Shown here: piece by piece, positions 38,890-52,019 of the stretch
Position numbering within the stretch: position 1 is the stretch's first letter
Layout: each line of letters begins with the position of its first letter
Origin: Octopus vulgaris
Taxonomy: Eukaryota
Length of the DNA stretch: 64,000 nt
Assembly (NCBI GenBank): GCA_951406725.2
Contig: OX597818.1
Location: forward strand, 107,756,001 to 107,820,000
Direction: 5' to 3'
Notes under the pieces: model-generated
What the model saw: the letters and a program-made list of their open reading frames with translations, nothing else
Told to the model about the DNA's origin: nothing
Databases searched by the model: none
Program-made: the position numbers and the translations under genes

Positions 38890-39273
38890 TTGTTTGTTTG
38901 TTTGTTTGTTGAGTGAAGTGGTCTTCGCCCCTGAGTGTAGTGGGAGAAGTCCGAAACATGGTCCTTTGCTATTCGTAAGACCCGCAGAAGAGAAAGCAGG
39001 TCGACCCCCGACACCGAAAGCATCGATGGATGGATGAATGCGCATCCAGGCTCAGCGGTTGCGTAGGAAGTCGGGGACGAGAAACAGGAAGAAAGAGTGA
39101 GAGAAAGTTGGAGCGAAAGAGTACAACAGGGGTCACTACCACCCCCTGCCGGAGCCTCGTGGAGCTTTAGGTGTTTTCGCTCAATAAACACACACAATGC
39201 CCGGTCTGGGAATCGAAACCGCTATCCTCCGACCACAAGTCCGCTGCCCTTACCATTGGGCCATTGTGCCTCC
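38890..39273 (-). mobile_element. SINE family D, full length, tRNA-derived, (ACAA)n tail, CpG-rich
   Basis: Minus: GGAGGCACAATGGCCCAATGGTAAGGGCAGCGGAC (A box) ... GGTTTCGATTCCCAGACC (B box) ... tail CAACAAACAAACAAAC. Confidence 0.85.
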
Positions 39274-39859
39274 ACTGCTGTTGCTGTGGCTGCTGCTGCT
39301 GCTGCTGTTGTTCTCCTTGTCCTCATCTCGGCTAAGGTCAATTTGATAGAACAACCTAACGGTGGTCATTTTCCTTGTTCCTTTTGCCTTTTGCAAGTGG
39401 AACCATGATTGCATTTCCTCGTGGAGGTGCCGTTTTCCTTGTACAATAATGCGATGCAATTGGAACAAGACTTGGCTCCTGCTTTTAGCAAGTCAACTGA
39501 CCACACAGACTTCCTTGTTGTTTGATTATCATGAGATGATGACAATCATGACCATGTTATGCTTACTGATGACGCTACTGATAATGATGATGATGATGAT
39601 GATAATGATCATCATGATATCATCATCATCATCATTGTATAAACACAACTTTCTGTCCATAGTGTTCGTCGTCTTTTTCTTCGTTTTAATGAAATTAATT
39701 CACGTCTTCGCTGGGTTAACTTGTGTTCTTTCTGATTATCAAAGTTTCTTAATTATTCAAAGAGGTGGCAGGAAAGAGAAGTTATATACAAGTGTATGCA
39801 TGTGCGTGTGTGTGTGTGTGTGTGTATTTATGTATATGGGAAACTGAGAGGAAAGAATA

Positions 39860-39896
<37 letters not shown>

Positions 39897-39984
39897 GTGT
39901 GGAAAAAGTTGAAGTGACACATTTATATGTGGATGCATACATATGTGTATATATGCATCTTTGTGAGTGTGTCTCATTTTCTTC

Positions 39985-39998
39985 ATGCACACACACAT

Positions 39999-40029
<31 letters not shown>

Positions 40030-40380
40030 CAGACACACACTCACACACACACATATATATACACACAGACACACACTCACACACACATATATATACAGAC
40101 ACACACTCACACACACACACATATATATATACACAGACACACTCACACACACACACATATATATACAGACACACACTCACACACACATATATATACAGAC
40201 ACACACTCACACACACATATATATACAGACACACACTCACACACACATATATATACACACAGACACACTCACACACACACATATACACACAGACACACTC
40301 ACACACACATATATATATACAGACACACACTCACACACACATATATATATATACACACAGACACACACTTACACACACAC
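39985..40380. repeat. Higher-order minisatellite of about 30 bp (ATATATATACAGACACACACTCACACACAC)
   Basis: About 12 units built from CA/TA microsatellite. Confidence 0.9.
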
Positions 40381-41971
40381 TCTATACAATGCACTAAATA
40401 TGTCTCACTTTCTCCATACACATGTGTGTGTGTGTATTGTGTATGTGTGCGTGTGTGTCAATGTTTAGTTTTCTGTCAATGTGTATTTGTGTGTTTGTGT
40501 AATTGTGTAAATGTGTGTGTATGTTGTGTATGTATGAGTGCACGTGTGTATAGTGTGTGCATGTGTGTCGATGTTTAGTTTTTTGTGAATGTGTGTTTGT
40601 GTGTTTGTGTACTTGTGTGTGTATGTATGCGTGTACATGTGTATAGTGCGTGTGTGTCAATGTTTAGTTTTGTGTGTTTGTGTGTTTGTGTATATGTTTG
40701 TGTGTATCATATTCATTCATTTAAATATTTTATCCATTTAATTTTTATGGATATGTTTGTTGATGTGTCAAGAATATTTCCAGAAAACAAGCCAAGAGAG
40801 TCTGATTGGTTCCAGCAAGTTACAGCAACCCCCCCAGCATCACCATAACCAGCACTAGTACCACTGTCACCATCATCATCATCATCATCATCATCACCAT
40901 TAACCTTACCATTCGAAAATGGACAAAAAAAATGAAAACCATGTATATGAAGATATATATATATACATACATGCCCTCACATATACATATATATCCTTAT
41001 ATATTTATATATATAAATGTGTTTGTGTGTGTTCCCATGTGTGTATATGTATGTACATACACGTATATGTATATATCTATATGTGTGTGTGTGTGTGTGT
41101 TCGTACATACACATGCACACAAATGTACACAGACATAAACACACAGAAACCAAAGTATTCACACATATAAATCAAACGAACCAAGAGTGAGTCTGTTGTC
41201 AGAGTTGCATGAAGGATGAGAGAATTTGGAAAAGATTATCTTTGCTCTAATATGTCGCCAACAAAAAAGAGGAAGCTGAACCTGAGGTAAATTTGCGAGA
41301 GTAGTCTTGTAATGTTGTTTTAGTTACAGCAGCCATTGCCATTGTTGTTGTTGTTGGTGGTGGTAGTGGTGGCATTGGCTCACACATACAAACATATATG
41401 TACGTACCTACATCTACATGTATATATACATGCATATATAAATATATATACGTGAGTACAGGACACCACAACCAGACGTAGAACTCAACGAGAAACGAAA
41501 AAGGAAAAACCAATTTTTTTTACAACAGAAAAACAGAGACGTAGAACTCAACAAGAAACGAAAACAGAAAAACCATTTTTTTACAACAGAAAAACAGAGT
41601 ACAGGACATACTACACAAGGAAAAATCCCCTATCATCAGCTGTCACTAGTTCGACTCCAGCGTGTTTCGAAGGCAAGACAGGACATGACTCGCCAAACTA
41701 GTCCTTCCTGCAAGAGAATTAAAATAAAATTACCTTGCAGAGGGGTAAACACAAGCAAGAAAAAAATGTAACACAAACAGGACGTAAAAACGATACAAAT
41801 AAAACTACAAAATAAAATACAAGATAAAAATACATGTACAAGAAAATACAATACGAGAAATAAAAATAAACAAGAAAACAAATGAAAAGGCCTTTTTTCT
41901 GGCTTAGACGAGGAGATTCTAGCAGCGCATGGGAACACAGATGTGTGTCTTTACAGTTTGAAAGCCGCGTT

Positions 41972-42100
41972 TAATCAACCCTGAAAGGATGAAAGGCAAA
42001 GTCGACCTCAGCAAAATTTGAACTCAGAACGTAGCGGCAGACGAAATACCGCTAAGCATTTCGACCGGCGTGCTAACATTTCTACCAGCTCGCCGCCTTA
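41972..42100 (-). mobile_element. SINE family C head
   Basis: ggatgaaaggcaaagtcgacc...gaactcagaacgtagcggcagacgaaataccgctaagc...agctcgccgcctt. Confidence 0.85.
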
Positions 42101-42269
42101 ATATATACACATACATATACAAATATGCATGCGCATATACACTCACATACACAGATGCAAAATACTGTAGAAAAATAAAGACTGAAAAAAGGTGAAAGAA
42201 GGAGAGAGAATGATGATGATGAAGTGGACGAGGATGACGATGATAATGATGAAGATGATGATGGTGGTG

Positions 42270-42311
<42 letters not shown>

Positions 42312-42629
42312 GTGATGGTGGTGGTGGTGATGAGGAAGACAACGATGACAACAAAGAAGAAGATGACGATGATGATGATGGTTATGATGATGAGTAATAG
42401 ACAATAACAAAAAAAAACCATCTCCGGAATGATAACTCACTCATTGATGTATTGATGGTAAGTAGCATGGAGGCATTCGTCTTGGTTACAATGGTTAAAT
42501 TAATACAGATTCACCATTTATAATAAATACTTGAAATAAATGGAGTGAGGTCAAAATTAAAATTTACATCTCCAAATAGTTTTATAAACACATACAAATG
42601 TACATAGTTATAGAGAAATGAACATAGAG

Positions 42630-42665
<36 letters not shown>

Positions 42666-42953
42666 GTGTGTATAGATAAACACAGAGATACAGAATATAA
42701 ATATATAAACAAACAAAAAATAAATATAAATAGATATAAACGGATATATATATATATTACATTTAGATATGATTGAGTATTGTAGATTTCAGAATAAAAT
42801 TTTTGAATAGTATAAAAGAAAAGGAAAATGTAATGGTTAAATGTAAGGCACTAAAATGATTAAAATGGTACAAAAGGAACAGAGAAATAATTCCATTATA
42901 AAAGAAAACATATAAAAATTATCCCAAGTACACTACTCTCATGCATAAATTAT

Positions 42954-42998
<45 letters not shown>

Positions 42999-43026
42999 TA
43001 TCATCATCATCACTATCATTATTATT

Positions 43027-43210
43027 AAGGCAGCAAGCTGGCAGAATGATTAGCACGCCAAGCAAAATGCTTAGCAGCATTTCATCTGCTGATACGTTCT
43101 GAGTTCAAATTCCACAGGGGTTGACTTTCCCTTTCATCCTTTCAGGGTCAATTAATTCACTTAATCTCTCACCCCAAATTTGAGGCCTTGTGCTTCCAGT
43201 AGAAAGGATT
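43027..43210 (+). mobile_element. SINE family C between (CAT)n and (ATT)n tracts
   Basis: aaggcagcaagctggcagaatgattagc...gttctgagttcaaattcc. Confidence 0.8.
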
Positions 43211-43223
43211 ATTATCATCATCA

Positions 43224-43285
<62 letters not shown>

Positions 43286-43551
43286 ATTATTATTATAATT
43301 ATTATTATTATTATTATTATCATTGTTGTTGTTGTTGTTATTGTTATTATTACTATCATCATCATCATCATCATCATCATCATTATTATTGTTATTGCTG
43401 TTGTTATTATTATTATTATTATTATAATTATTATTATTATTATTATTATTAATATTATTAATATTAATATTAATATCATTATTATTATTGTTGTTGTTGT
43501 TGTTGTTGTTATTGTTATTATTACTATTATTATTATTATCATCATCATCAT

Positions 43552-43780
43552 TGAGGGTGCATGGCCTTGTGGTTGGGGTGTTGCACTCATGATCATAGTT
43601 TTAATTCCTATGATCCTTTCAACACCTGACGAGTGGTACACAGTGCACTTGTTCAGGCAACATCGATTTGATGAAGGAAGTGAGGAGCTAATGTTCAGCA
43701 CAAACATTTGATCACTTTAAACAAATCCTTTTTGCAGGTCATTCAGCAGAAAAAGCTGAACACTCTTATGTCATCTTCAA
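43552..43780 (+). mobile_element. SINE family F (tRNA-like head)
   Basis: gagggtgcatggccttgtggttggggtg head; body (caacacctg, gatttgatgaagga, taaacaaatc, ttcagca) shared with 44490-44735. Confidence 0.55.
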
Positions 43781-43900
43781 TATTATTATTATTATTATTG
43801 TTATTATTATTATTGTTATTATTATTATTATTATTATTATTGTTGTTGTTGTTATTATTATTATTATCAATTATTATTATTAATATTATTATTATTATTA

Positions 43901-43968
<68 letters not shown>

Positions 43969-43994
43969 CATCATTATTATTGAACACCTTCATC

Positions 43995-44150
43995 AAATTT
44001 TTGGTACAAGGCTAGCAAATTTGGAGGAAGGGGATAAGTCAATTAAATCAACTCCAGTTTCCCCCAAAAGGATGAAAGGCAAAATCAACCACGATGGAAA
44101 TTGAACTCAGAACATAAAGACAGACGAAATGCCACTAAGCATTTTTCCCA
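43995..44150 (-). mobile_element. SINE family C, internally deleted
   Basis: aaggatgaaaggcaaaatcaacc...gaactcagaacataaagacagacgaaatgccactaagc. Confidence 0.8.
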
Positions 44151-44489
44151 TGCTCATCATCATTATCATTACCTAATTTAATAACTTTCATTTCATGAAT
44201 AGCAAGACTTTTTTTTTTTTTTCATTTCAGATAATTCAAAAATGTTGAAGAATTTAAAATGTTCTCTTTATTCAGTGAAGAACTACGTTTGGCCTTTATA
44301 GTCTCCAATATTTCAATGTACAAATTACAAAACAGTTCTTTCAGTCTCCATGATGAAGTTGAATTTAAACGAAATCACTCCAGGTCATACATTATTAGCT
44401 CCGCCTTAGCAAAGGCAGAGGTATTGTTTTCAGTTGTTCTTGTTTGTTTGTGGACAAGATATCTCAAGAACCGCTTGGTGGATTCAGAT

Positions 44490-44735
44490 GAATTGTGGCT
44501 CTGATTCCCAGACCAAATGGTGCCTTGTGTTCGTCAGCAGAAGCCTTTATTTCACGTTGCTCTGTGGTCATTCCAACACCTGTCACAATGGAACACTTGT
44601 GCTCCCGTCAGACAATGGTGATCTGATGGAAGGAGTGAGCTTAAGGGCAACACAAACAGTTGACCCCTATAAACAAATCATCCCTGTGTCTGTTCAGCAA
44701 GATATTGTGAAATCGTCATCCATCGTCTAACGACG
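44490..44735 (+). mobile_element. SINE family F, second copy
   Basis: Diverged match to 43552-43780. Confidence 0.5.
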
Positions 44736-45867
44736 TGGGAGTCCATGATATATGCACATACATATGTATACATATGTAAATACACACACACACATGCACA
44801 CACACACATACATATCTACATCTATATATGCATGTGTCTATATATTTTACTGAATTAATATTGTGGCAAAACAGTTTGATTTTGCTCATTTGTATACAAA
44901 TTAACAAAAACAGGAATTCTTTGTTAAACCATTTCAATCTGTAAAATATGAATATTTCTTGCCCAGTTCTGTTATTTTACTTGTATAAACTCATCTTTGG
45001 ATTTCTGGCTTCTTTCATCTTTGATTCAGTTATTTTCCTGTGTGTATGCTTGCGTGTGTGTGTGTATGCTTGTATGTGTGTATGCTGGTGTGTGTGTATG
45101 CTTGTGTGTGTGTGTATTTGTGTGTATGCTTGCGTGTGTATATATGCTGGAGTGTATGTATCTTTGTGTGTGTGTATCTGTTTATTTGAGTGTATGTGTG
45201 CACGCATGCACGTGTGTGTGTGTGTTTGTGAATGCTTGTATTTGTTTCTTTACTAATGTGTATGTTTAAATGTATTTCTCTCTATTGCTAGTGAGTATAT
45301 ATTCAGACGAGCATAAAATATTTCTGAATTTTGATAGAATCGGTAAGAACAGGAAATGTTTTTAGTTTATTGTAAAAATGTAATTTCTTCAGTCATTGGT
45401 TTTCTTTGTCGGTCAAATAATCTTTTGATCTTGTCACACAGACATCTTTCCTATAATCTCCATTCAAAGACACTATCAGAGAACTGGCATAATTCTTGAA
45501 AAACATTCGAAGATATCATTCTCTAAACTACAGCTAAAGACTATCAATGTAATAGCTGCCCTGTTGCTATTCTTGACAATAGGGCAACTTGAATAGGCTT
45601 AAAATAGCTGCCTAATCTCCCTTTAATCATATTGTAACGGAAAGACATATTGGATAAGGTCATCTTGGATATACTGGACATACTACTGTGGCCGTCTGAA
45701 GAGGGTTGGTTTTGTGTGTGGAAGTGACTTGATGAGTTGATGAATGAAAATATGTTTTCTGGGCTGAATGTAGAAATAACTGAACAACATCCACAAACAT
45801 TTCATAGAAGGTTTTCATATTATGGAGATGTACATGCATAGCAAGTGACCTGATCTGAGATCGTGTG

Positions 45868-46179
45868 ATGGAAATGAAAACAATTGCAGCGTGGAAGGTG
45901 TTTATAAGCCATTTAAGAAACACACAAAACCTGTTAGATTCACTTCAAGATTTAAATTTAATTTACCAAAATATTTTCGTCACTTTGAGACATGACCTAT
46001 TTACTGACAAAATTCCGAGATGCTGCACGGAGCTTTGTCAGTGAACAGGTTGCAGTCTGAAAGCAACGATAAATATTTTGACAAATTAAATTTAAATGTT
46101 GAAGTGAATCTAAGGGGTTTTTGTGTGTTTCTTAAATGGCTTATAAACACCTTCCACGCTGCAATTGTTTTATTTTCAT
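45868..46179. mobile_element. Palindromic MITE-like element (arms of about 150 bp, 10-nt loop at 46018-46027)
   Basis: aaaacaattgcagcgtggaaggtgtttataagccatttaagaaacacacaaaa pairs exactly with its reverse complement ending at 46171; inner arms imperfect. Confidence 0.8.
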
Positions 46180-47450
46180 ACATAAAGACAAAACTGCGTT
46201 TGTCTTTTTCAGCAAAAATTACATTCTGGGAGAGAGGTACTGCCTGGAGTTTGTAGCAAGCTTTTGATACAACAACATGTGGCTTGCATATCATAACTGG
46301 AAACAATTGTGCTACATTCGTGGTGATGGCGGTTCCTGTCATCTATTTGTGCCATCTATCTTAAATGCTTTCTTGGGTCATCTGGTTCCTAAGAATGTAT
46401 AAATGGTTTTTATAAAGAACTGGAAGTCAAATTCTAGAATGTTTGAGAAAATCTCTCCACATTATTAGCTGGTTAATAGACCAGTCACATGAAACTATGG
46501 TGATTTTTTGATGATGCCTGACTGCATATCCAGGGATTCAGTTTCATATCCCTGTTATTCAATGGTCATTGTTGCTGCATCTTCCATTGATGGTTAACTG
46601 GATTAGAACTGGCCTGGTGCTAAACCATAGCAACAACTGAGGACATTTATCTAAATATTTTATACAAAGTTTCTCTCTGGGGACAGTATACTTCTCAGAT
46701 CAGCTTCTATGGAGCCAAACGACCTGCTAGAAATAGCAGCCAAATCCCTCCCTCAATGCATACCCTAATTTCTTCAGGAAAACGAAAACATTAAGATGAT
46801 ATGGTCTGAGATTAAACTGTCTGACAAGAGATGTGATGAAGCATCACTAATCATACATTTACTTGACCAGAGGTGACCTGTAGCTAAACAACAAAGGACA
46901 TGATGGATGGTGTTGTTGTCAGATGCCTGTCTTCTTGATCAAGACTGATCTACCGCTAACAAACCATAATTACAGATTCACTGTTGTTGTCTCTGTTCAT
47001 TTTTAATTTACAACCAGTATTTACTTAAAATCGTAATCCTTGCAACCACCTGGCTGTGAGCTCAATCCTACGCCATGGAAAACTGAGCAGGTGTCCTTTA
47101 CACTAGCCCCAGGCTCACCAATGCCCTCTGAGGGGAAGATATGGTGATAAATATTCATCCTGCTTCGCCTTCGTTGTTGATCTAATATTTATGTCATTCA
47201 CATGATGTGTGTTTGTCTTCTGTGACTGGACATTTCTTATTCAATGGCCTTTTGTTGCATTGGCTGAATCTTGTATTATATATGATCAGTCGGGTACATG
47301 TACGTATTTCAGTGTGTGTGTGTGTGTGTGTGTCTGCGTGTGTGTATGTGTGTGTGTGCATGTGGATGTGTGTGTGTGCATGTACATGTGTACATGAGTG
47401 TGTGCATCCCTTCTACTTATTTTTTTAATATAGTTTGCTTCTCTAACTTT

Positions 47451-47498
<48 letters not shown>

Positions 47499-47689
47499 AA
47501 TGACACACATACACACACACACACTTTCACACACAACACACACACACACACTTTCACACACACTAACATAGTTGGTGTAGATATTTCCTTTCATCCTCAT
47601 TCAGAGTTCTTTATCCCCACTCAACACATTTGTGGACAAAATGTTTAGTAAAGACAAAGAAATCCTGTTTCATCCTCCTCCTCCTCCTC

Positions 47690-48062
47690 ATCATCATCAT
47701 CATCATTTAATATCTGCCTTCCATGCTGGCATGGGTTGTATGGCTCGATAGGAGCTGGCCAGCCAGAAAGCTGCAGCGGCAAGGTTTCTACAGATGGATG
47801 CTCTTCCTAATGCCAACCACTTTACATGGTGGCACTGGGGGCTTTCTGTGTGGCACTGGCACTGTCACACCTGTCGATGAAGACTGTGGCTATTCAGGTG
47901 AACTGATGCAAATTGTTTCATATAAATATATATTGTTGCTAGGGCCACGGATTGGCTCCCGTGCCAGTGGCACATGAAAAGCACCATTCGAGCATGGTTG
48001 TTGCCAGAGTTGCCCTACCAGCACATGCGCCGGTTGCACATGGCAAACAACATTCCAGCATG
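47690..48062. mobile_element. Family B tail/body (minus, 47690-47865) and hairpin-unit array (plus, 47942-48062)
   Basis: ttccatgctggcatgggtt; cctaatgccaaccac; gtgccagtggcacatgaaaagcaccattcgagc. Confidence 0.7.
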
Positions 48063-48088
48063 GAATACATACAAACATACATACATAC

Positions 48089-48153
48089 ATACAAGTTCAG
48101 ATTTATACCTGTTATTATTGGGGCCTTGGAATATGTAAGACACTGCCTGAATG
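48089..48153 (+). mobile_element. C-terminal fragment of a restriction-like-endonuclease (R2/R4-type) non-LTR element
   Basis: YKFRFIPVIIGALEYV matches the REL-end motif PxIIGALG. Confidence 0.55.
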
Positions 48154-48154
48154 G

Positions 48155-48272
48155 GCTGGGGCTGGTTATGTGAAACTGGTGTAGGATATAGCTGTGAACT
48201 CACTTTATTTGCCAGGTCTTCGCAGTCATAGTATATCTCCAGAGGTCTCGGTCTTTCATCATTGCCTCTGTT
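48155..48272 (-). mobile_element. RTE LINE ORF C-terminus fragment
   Basis: Minus reads TEAMMKDRDLWRYTMTAKTWQIK*, with the DRxxWR terminal motif. Confidence 0.55.
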
Positions 48273-49039
48273 TGATATTTTATGTAAATACCCCCCTCAG
48301 ACTTTTGAAAAGCACAGCAGCAAAGTATATCACAAAGAGGGCAAAAGCACCAACATCTCTTTGATTTACTCTATTCTCCACAGCAAAACATTCAGAAAAC
48401 CTCCCACCAAAATTAAATCTAACCTTCATATTTTGATGCAAAGTCCTGATCATGTTTACAAATTCTTCTGGGCATCCTATTTTCCTTAGAATTATCCACA
48501 GAACATTTTGATTAACAGTTTCTAATGCCTTACTTAAATCAAGAAAGCAGTGGTGTACTGCAAGATTCTATTCAATGCTCTTTTCTGAAATTATCTGATA
48601 GTAAAGACATGATCATCCATGCCCTGGAGGAGCAGAAACTACATTGAAGACTCAGACACTATATTTGGAACTATGAAGGAATTTAAATGTTCTAACAGGG
48701 TACAGGCAAGTACCTTTCCAACTAAAGACAAAAGTGAAATCCCACATGCATACATACGTACATACACACACATGCATATGTATTAACGTTTGCTGCCCTT
48801 TTTCATTTCTAGGAATTCTTAGAAGAAAGGAGCTGTGTTCTAACAAAGAAACAAAACACCATTATTGGAATTTTGATGACATCTCTTAAGTGTTGCAGGG
48901 TGAACTTTATAAAATCTTGCACATTTTTACTGTCCCACTTATAGATTGTATTTATGAAGCGCATGTTAATGGAACTCTTTCTTTGGCTGAAAATCTTAGC
49001 CTTTTCCACATTCCCTCTTTGACATTTAATAACATAAGC

Positions 49040-49430
49040 ACTGGCATGGCTGTGTGGTGAGAAGCTTGTTTCCCAACATCATGACTCCAGGCTCGGTCCC
49101 TCTGTGAGTCACCTTGAGTAAGTATCTTCTACTTTAGCTTCAGGTGAACCAAAGCCTTGTGCGTTGATTTCATAGATGAAAACTAAAAGAAGCCCATCAT
49201 ATGTATGTGTATTTGTGTCTATGTTTGTCTCCTCACCACCACAATTTGACATCCAATGTTGGTGTGTTTATGTCCTCATGATGTAGCAGTTCAGCAAAAG
49301 AGGTCAAAAGAGCAAGTCTTAGACTTAGAAATACAAATACAGGGTTGATTCATTCAACAAAAAATTCTTCAAGGTAGTGCCCCAGTATGGCCACAGTTCA
49401 ATGACTGAAACAAGTAAAAGATGAAAGACA
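49040..49430 (+). mobile_element. SINE family A, older copy
   Basis: tggctgtgtggtgagaagc head; gaaacaagtaaaagat tail. Confidence 0.8.
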
Positions 49431-49444
49431 AAAGTTAATCATGT

Positions 49445-50080
49445 ACACCAACAATTATTGTGGATTTGTAACAGGGAGGAAGATGATCTGCTATTTTTTA
49501 AGCAACTCTCCATAAATATTCTCCTTCTTCCTGTTTTGGAAAAGTTTTGCTGGGAACATTCCCCCAATATTCCTTCAGTTGATATGTTTTTAATAACAGA
49601 GATGATTGTTTATATTTATCTGAAGGCAATCTCTTCTGTGGAGGGCCTTGTATATTGTTTTAGCAACATCATGTTGTAATGGCAGATTATATCGTGATGA
49701 CATTTTTGGACAGCAGCTGATTTACATGTGTTATATCTTCCACAGAGGAGTCGTAGAGTTGACATTTATGTTTATATCTTGGGAGTTTAAGAGTTTAATT
49801 GTCTTATTTGTTCATTAGATATTTCATAGCTATTTCCTGCTCTTGGATTGCAAAAGAATAATGTTCAAGCTGTGACATGATGCAATAGTGATGAGTCCAA
49901 AAGATTCTACACTTTACGTTAATATTATCCTCCTGCCTAAGCTTACTGGAAACATAACCATACATCACTTGTTTTTCTTTTCCTTTTTTTATGGTACACA
50001 TCATGTTTCTCGTCCAAATCTTTACTGAAGTTTGCTAATCCTGTACTTCTGCATTCATGTGAGATATCATCAACAGGTGA
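49445..50080 (-). mobile_element. R4/Dong-like (R2 group) non-LTR retrotransposon C-terminal remnant
   Basis: Minus reads FAIQEQEIAMKYL, KCQLY..SVEDITHV/SCCPKMSSRYNLPLQHDVAK (decayed CCHC knuckle), ENIYGELL and IIVG. Confidence 0.7.
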
Positions 50081-50137
50081 ATAAATTTTGGAGTGTTACC
50101 CTGTTTTGGAGTGTTAGCCGGAGCAACAAGCTAGCCA

Positions 50138-50367
50138 CCGTGCCGATGGCACGTTAAAAACACCATTCGAGCGTGATCATTACCTGCGTCGCCTTACTAG
50201 CACTTGTGCTGGTGGCATGTGAAAAAAACATATGAGCGAGGTCGTTGTCAGTGCCGCTGGACTGGCTTCTGTGCAGGTGGCACATAAAAAGCACCATTTG
50301 AGCATGGCCATTGCCAGTGCCGCCTGACTGGCCCTTGTGCCGGTGGCACATAAAAGCACCCACTACA
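50138..50367 (+). repeat. Stand-alone family B hairpin-unit array (about 3.5 units of 65 bp)
   Basis: Units start near 50140, 50207, 50271, 50337 with GTGCnnnTGGCAyRT followed by an A run. Confidence 0.85.
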
Positions 50368-50562
50368 GGATGTTATTCAATTTGTTCTAAAGGACTTCCT
50401 TCATGCATCTATTTTTGTAGCTGTTGTTTAGCGATTGCCTCTGGATGATAGCCTTTAGCCAATACGATTAAGATTAATGTAAAAAATAAATAACACTGAA
50501 GCAAAGTAACCAAATATATAGTGCGTGTGTTTTTATTGGCTAAACTGGCAAAATGACCATTC

Positions 50563-50609
<47 letters not shown>

Positions 50610-52019
50610 TTTATGAAGGAAAAGTATGTGAAATGTTTTTATAGGAAGAAATTATGAAAACATTTTCAGAAAAATATTCTAAAAAATACAGGAAATATTT
50701 GAATTTGTCCTGAGTTTTGATTGAAAATCGATAGAGGCTGTTTTTACACATGGGTAAATAAGGAAGAGTGGGCATATTTACTGCTCTTGCATTAGTATGG
50801 AAAGTGTAGAAAATTAATGATACTAAGAACTATTGTGACAAAGATTGTCATATAAATTCATCAATTAGACTTACTAGTTTAGTACTAGTTTAGATGAGTA
50901 AATAATTTTATTTGACAGACCCTTGTTCATTCACCAACATGTTTGTTTGATCATACGCTCATGCACATATGCAGGTTTATGTATATGCAGGTTTATGTGC
51001 TTTCATGACAGTTTTATTTCTTGGCTCCTTATGCCATACACATCAAAGTTGATCCCCCCAAAATTTGTAAAATTGCTTCAGAAAACCAGACGTATAAGCT
51101 TATTCTGTATTTACTTAGGTTCCTCATATATCTTAGCATGAAAGTGAATTTGTTGTCACAGTCAATTACAAGTTCTGTCTTTGGGTAACTTGAAAAAGTT
51201 AACTATGTTGCAAGCAGTTAGGCCAAGTCTCTGATCTGAAGATAATCCCCTTTCCTTTCACCATTATGGAGGCTCTGGAAAGGTTTTACCTCTTTCTCTG
51301 ACTGAGCCATTGCAACAAAAAATACAAATACAAATACTCTGTGTTTGAAGTAGCAGACACTAGCTTGGTATGACAAGACATCGGACTAACCAAAATGACT
51401 CTAGAATTTATAAGGGCAGCATGCATAGTTGATGCATGCATCATACTTAATTAATAGGCATTGCTAACCTGTATGTTACAGCAGTAAGCTTTGTCATTAC
51501 CTTGAGAATAATCTACAGAGAATAATGGTCAAATTTGAAGACATCAACAGTAAATCTGATTTGAAGTTCTTCAGGTGTTCAGGTGTCATGTTTCTGTCAG
51601 ATTTTCTTATCAAACTAATTATGATAAACAGCAAATATTATATTAGACACAACTGAATGAGACTTGTCTGAGTTGATGAAGGATTCTTCAACAACTTTTC
51701 TAATTTGTCCTACATGGTATCTGATTAGTTGTATAATCTTGTGTTGTCACATCAGGTAAAGGTAACTCCCCAAGCTTTTATCATTGTCTTCAGAGACAGA
51801 TTACAATAAAAGGCCAATGCAATACACAGAGTGTTGCATGGCAATTATAATTTCCACTCTCGTTTTGCATTGATATTTTGAAATATCTTGCTCTCGCAGA
51901 AAAGTGGTTTTTAACTTTTTGTTTGCTATAAGAAAAAAAACAACATATTTTATTATGTTGATATCTGAAACAGTTCTGATTAGTTAATGGATCATCTCTC
52001 TTAACAAATATATGATATT

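Noticed and set aside
44231-44300. Terminal exon after the strong T-run acceptor at 44230 (similar case at 55845)
   Set aside because: Short unrecognised peptides and no matching donor; T-run plus AG is common in this composition
50138-50367. CRISPR-like repeat-spacer array
   Set aside because: Eukaryotic context, the apparent spacers are homologous to one another, no cas genes, and the units belong to retroposon family B
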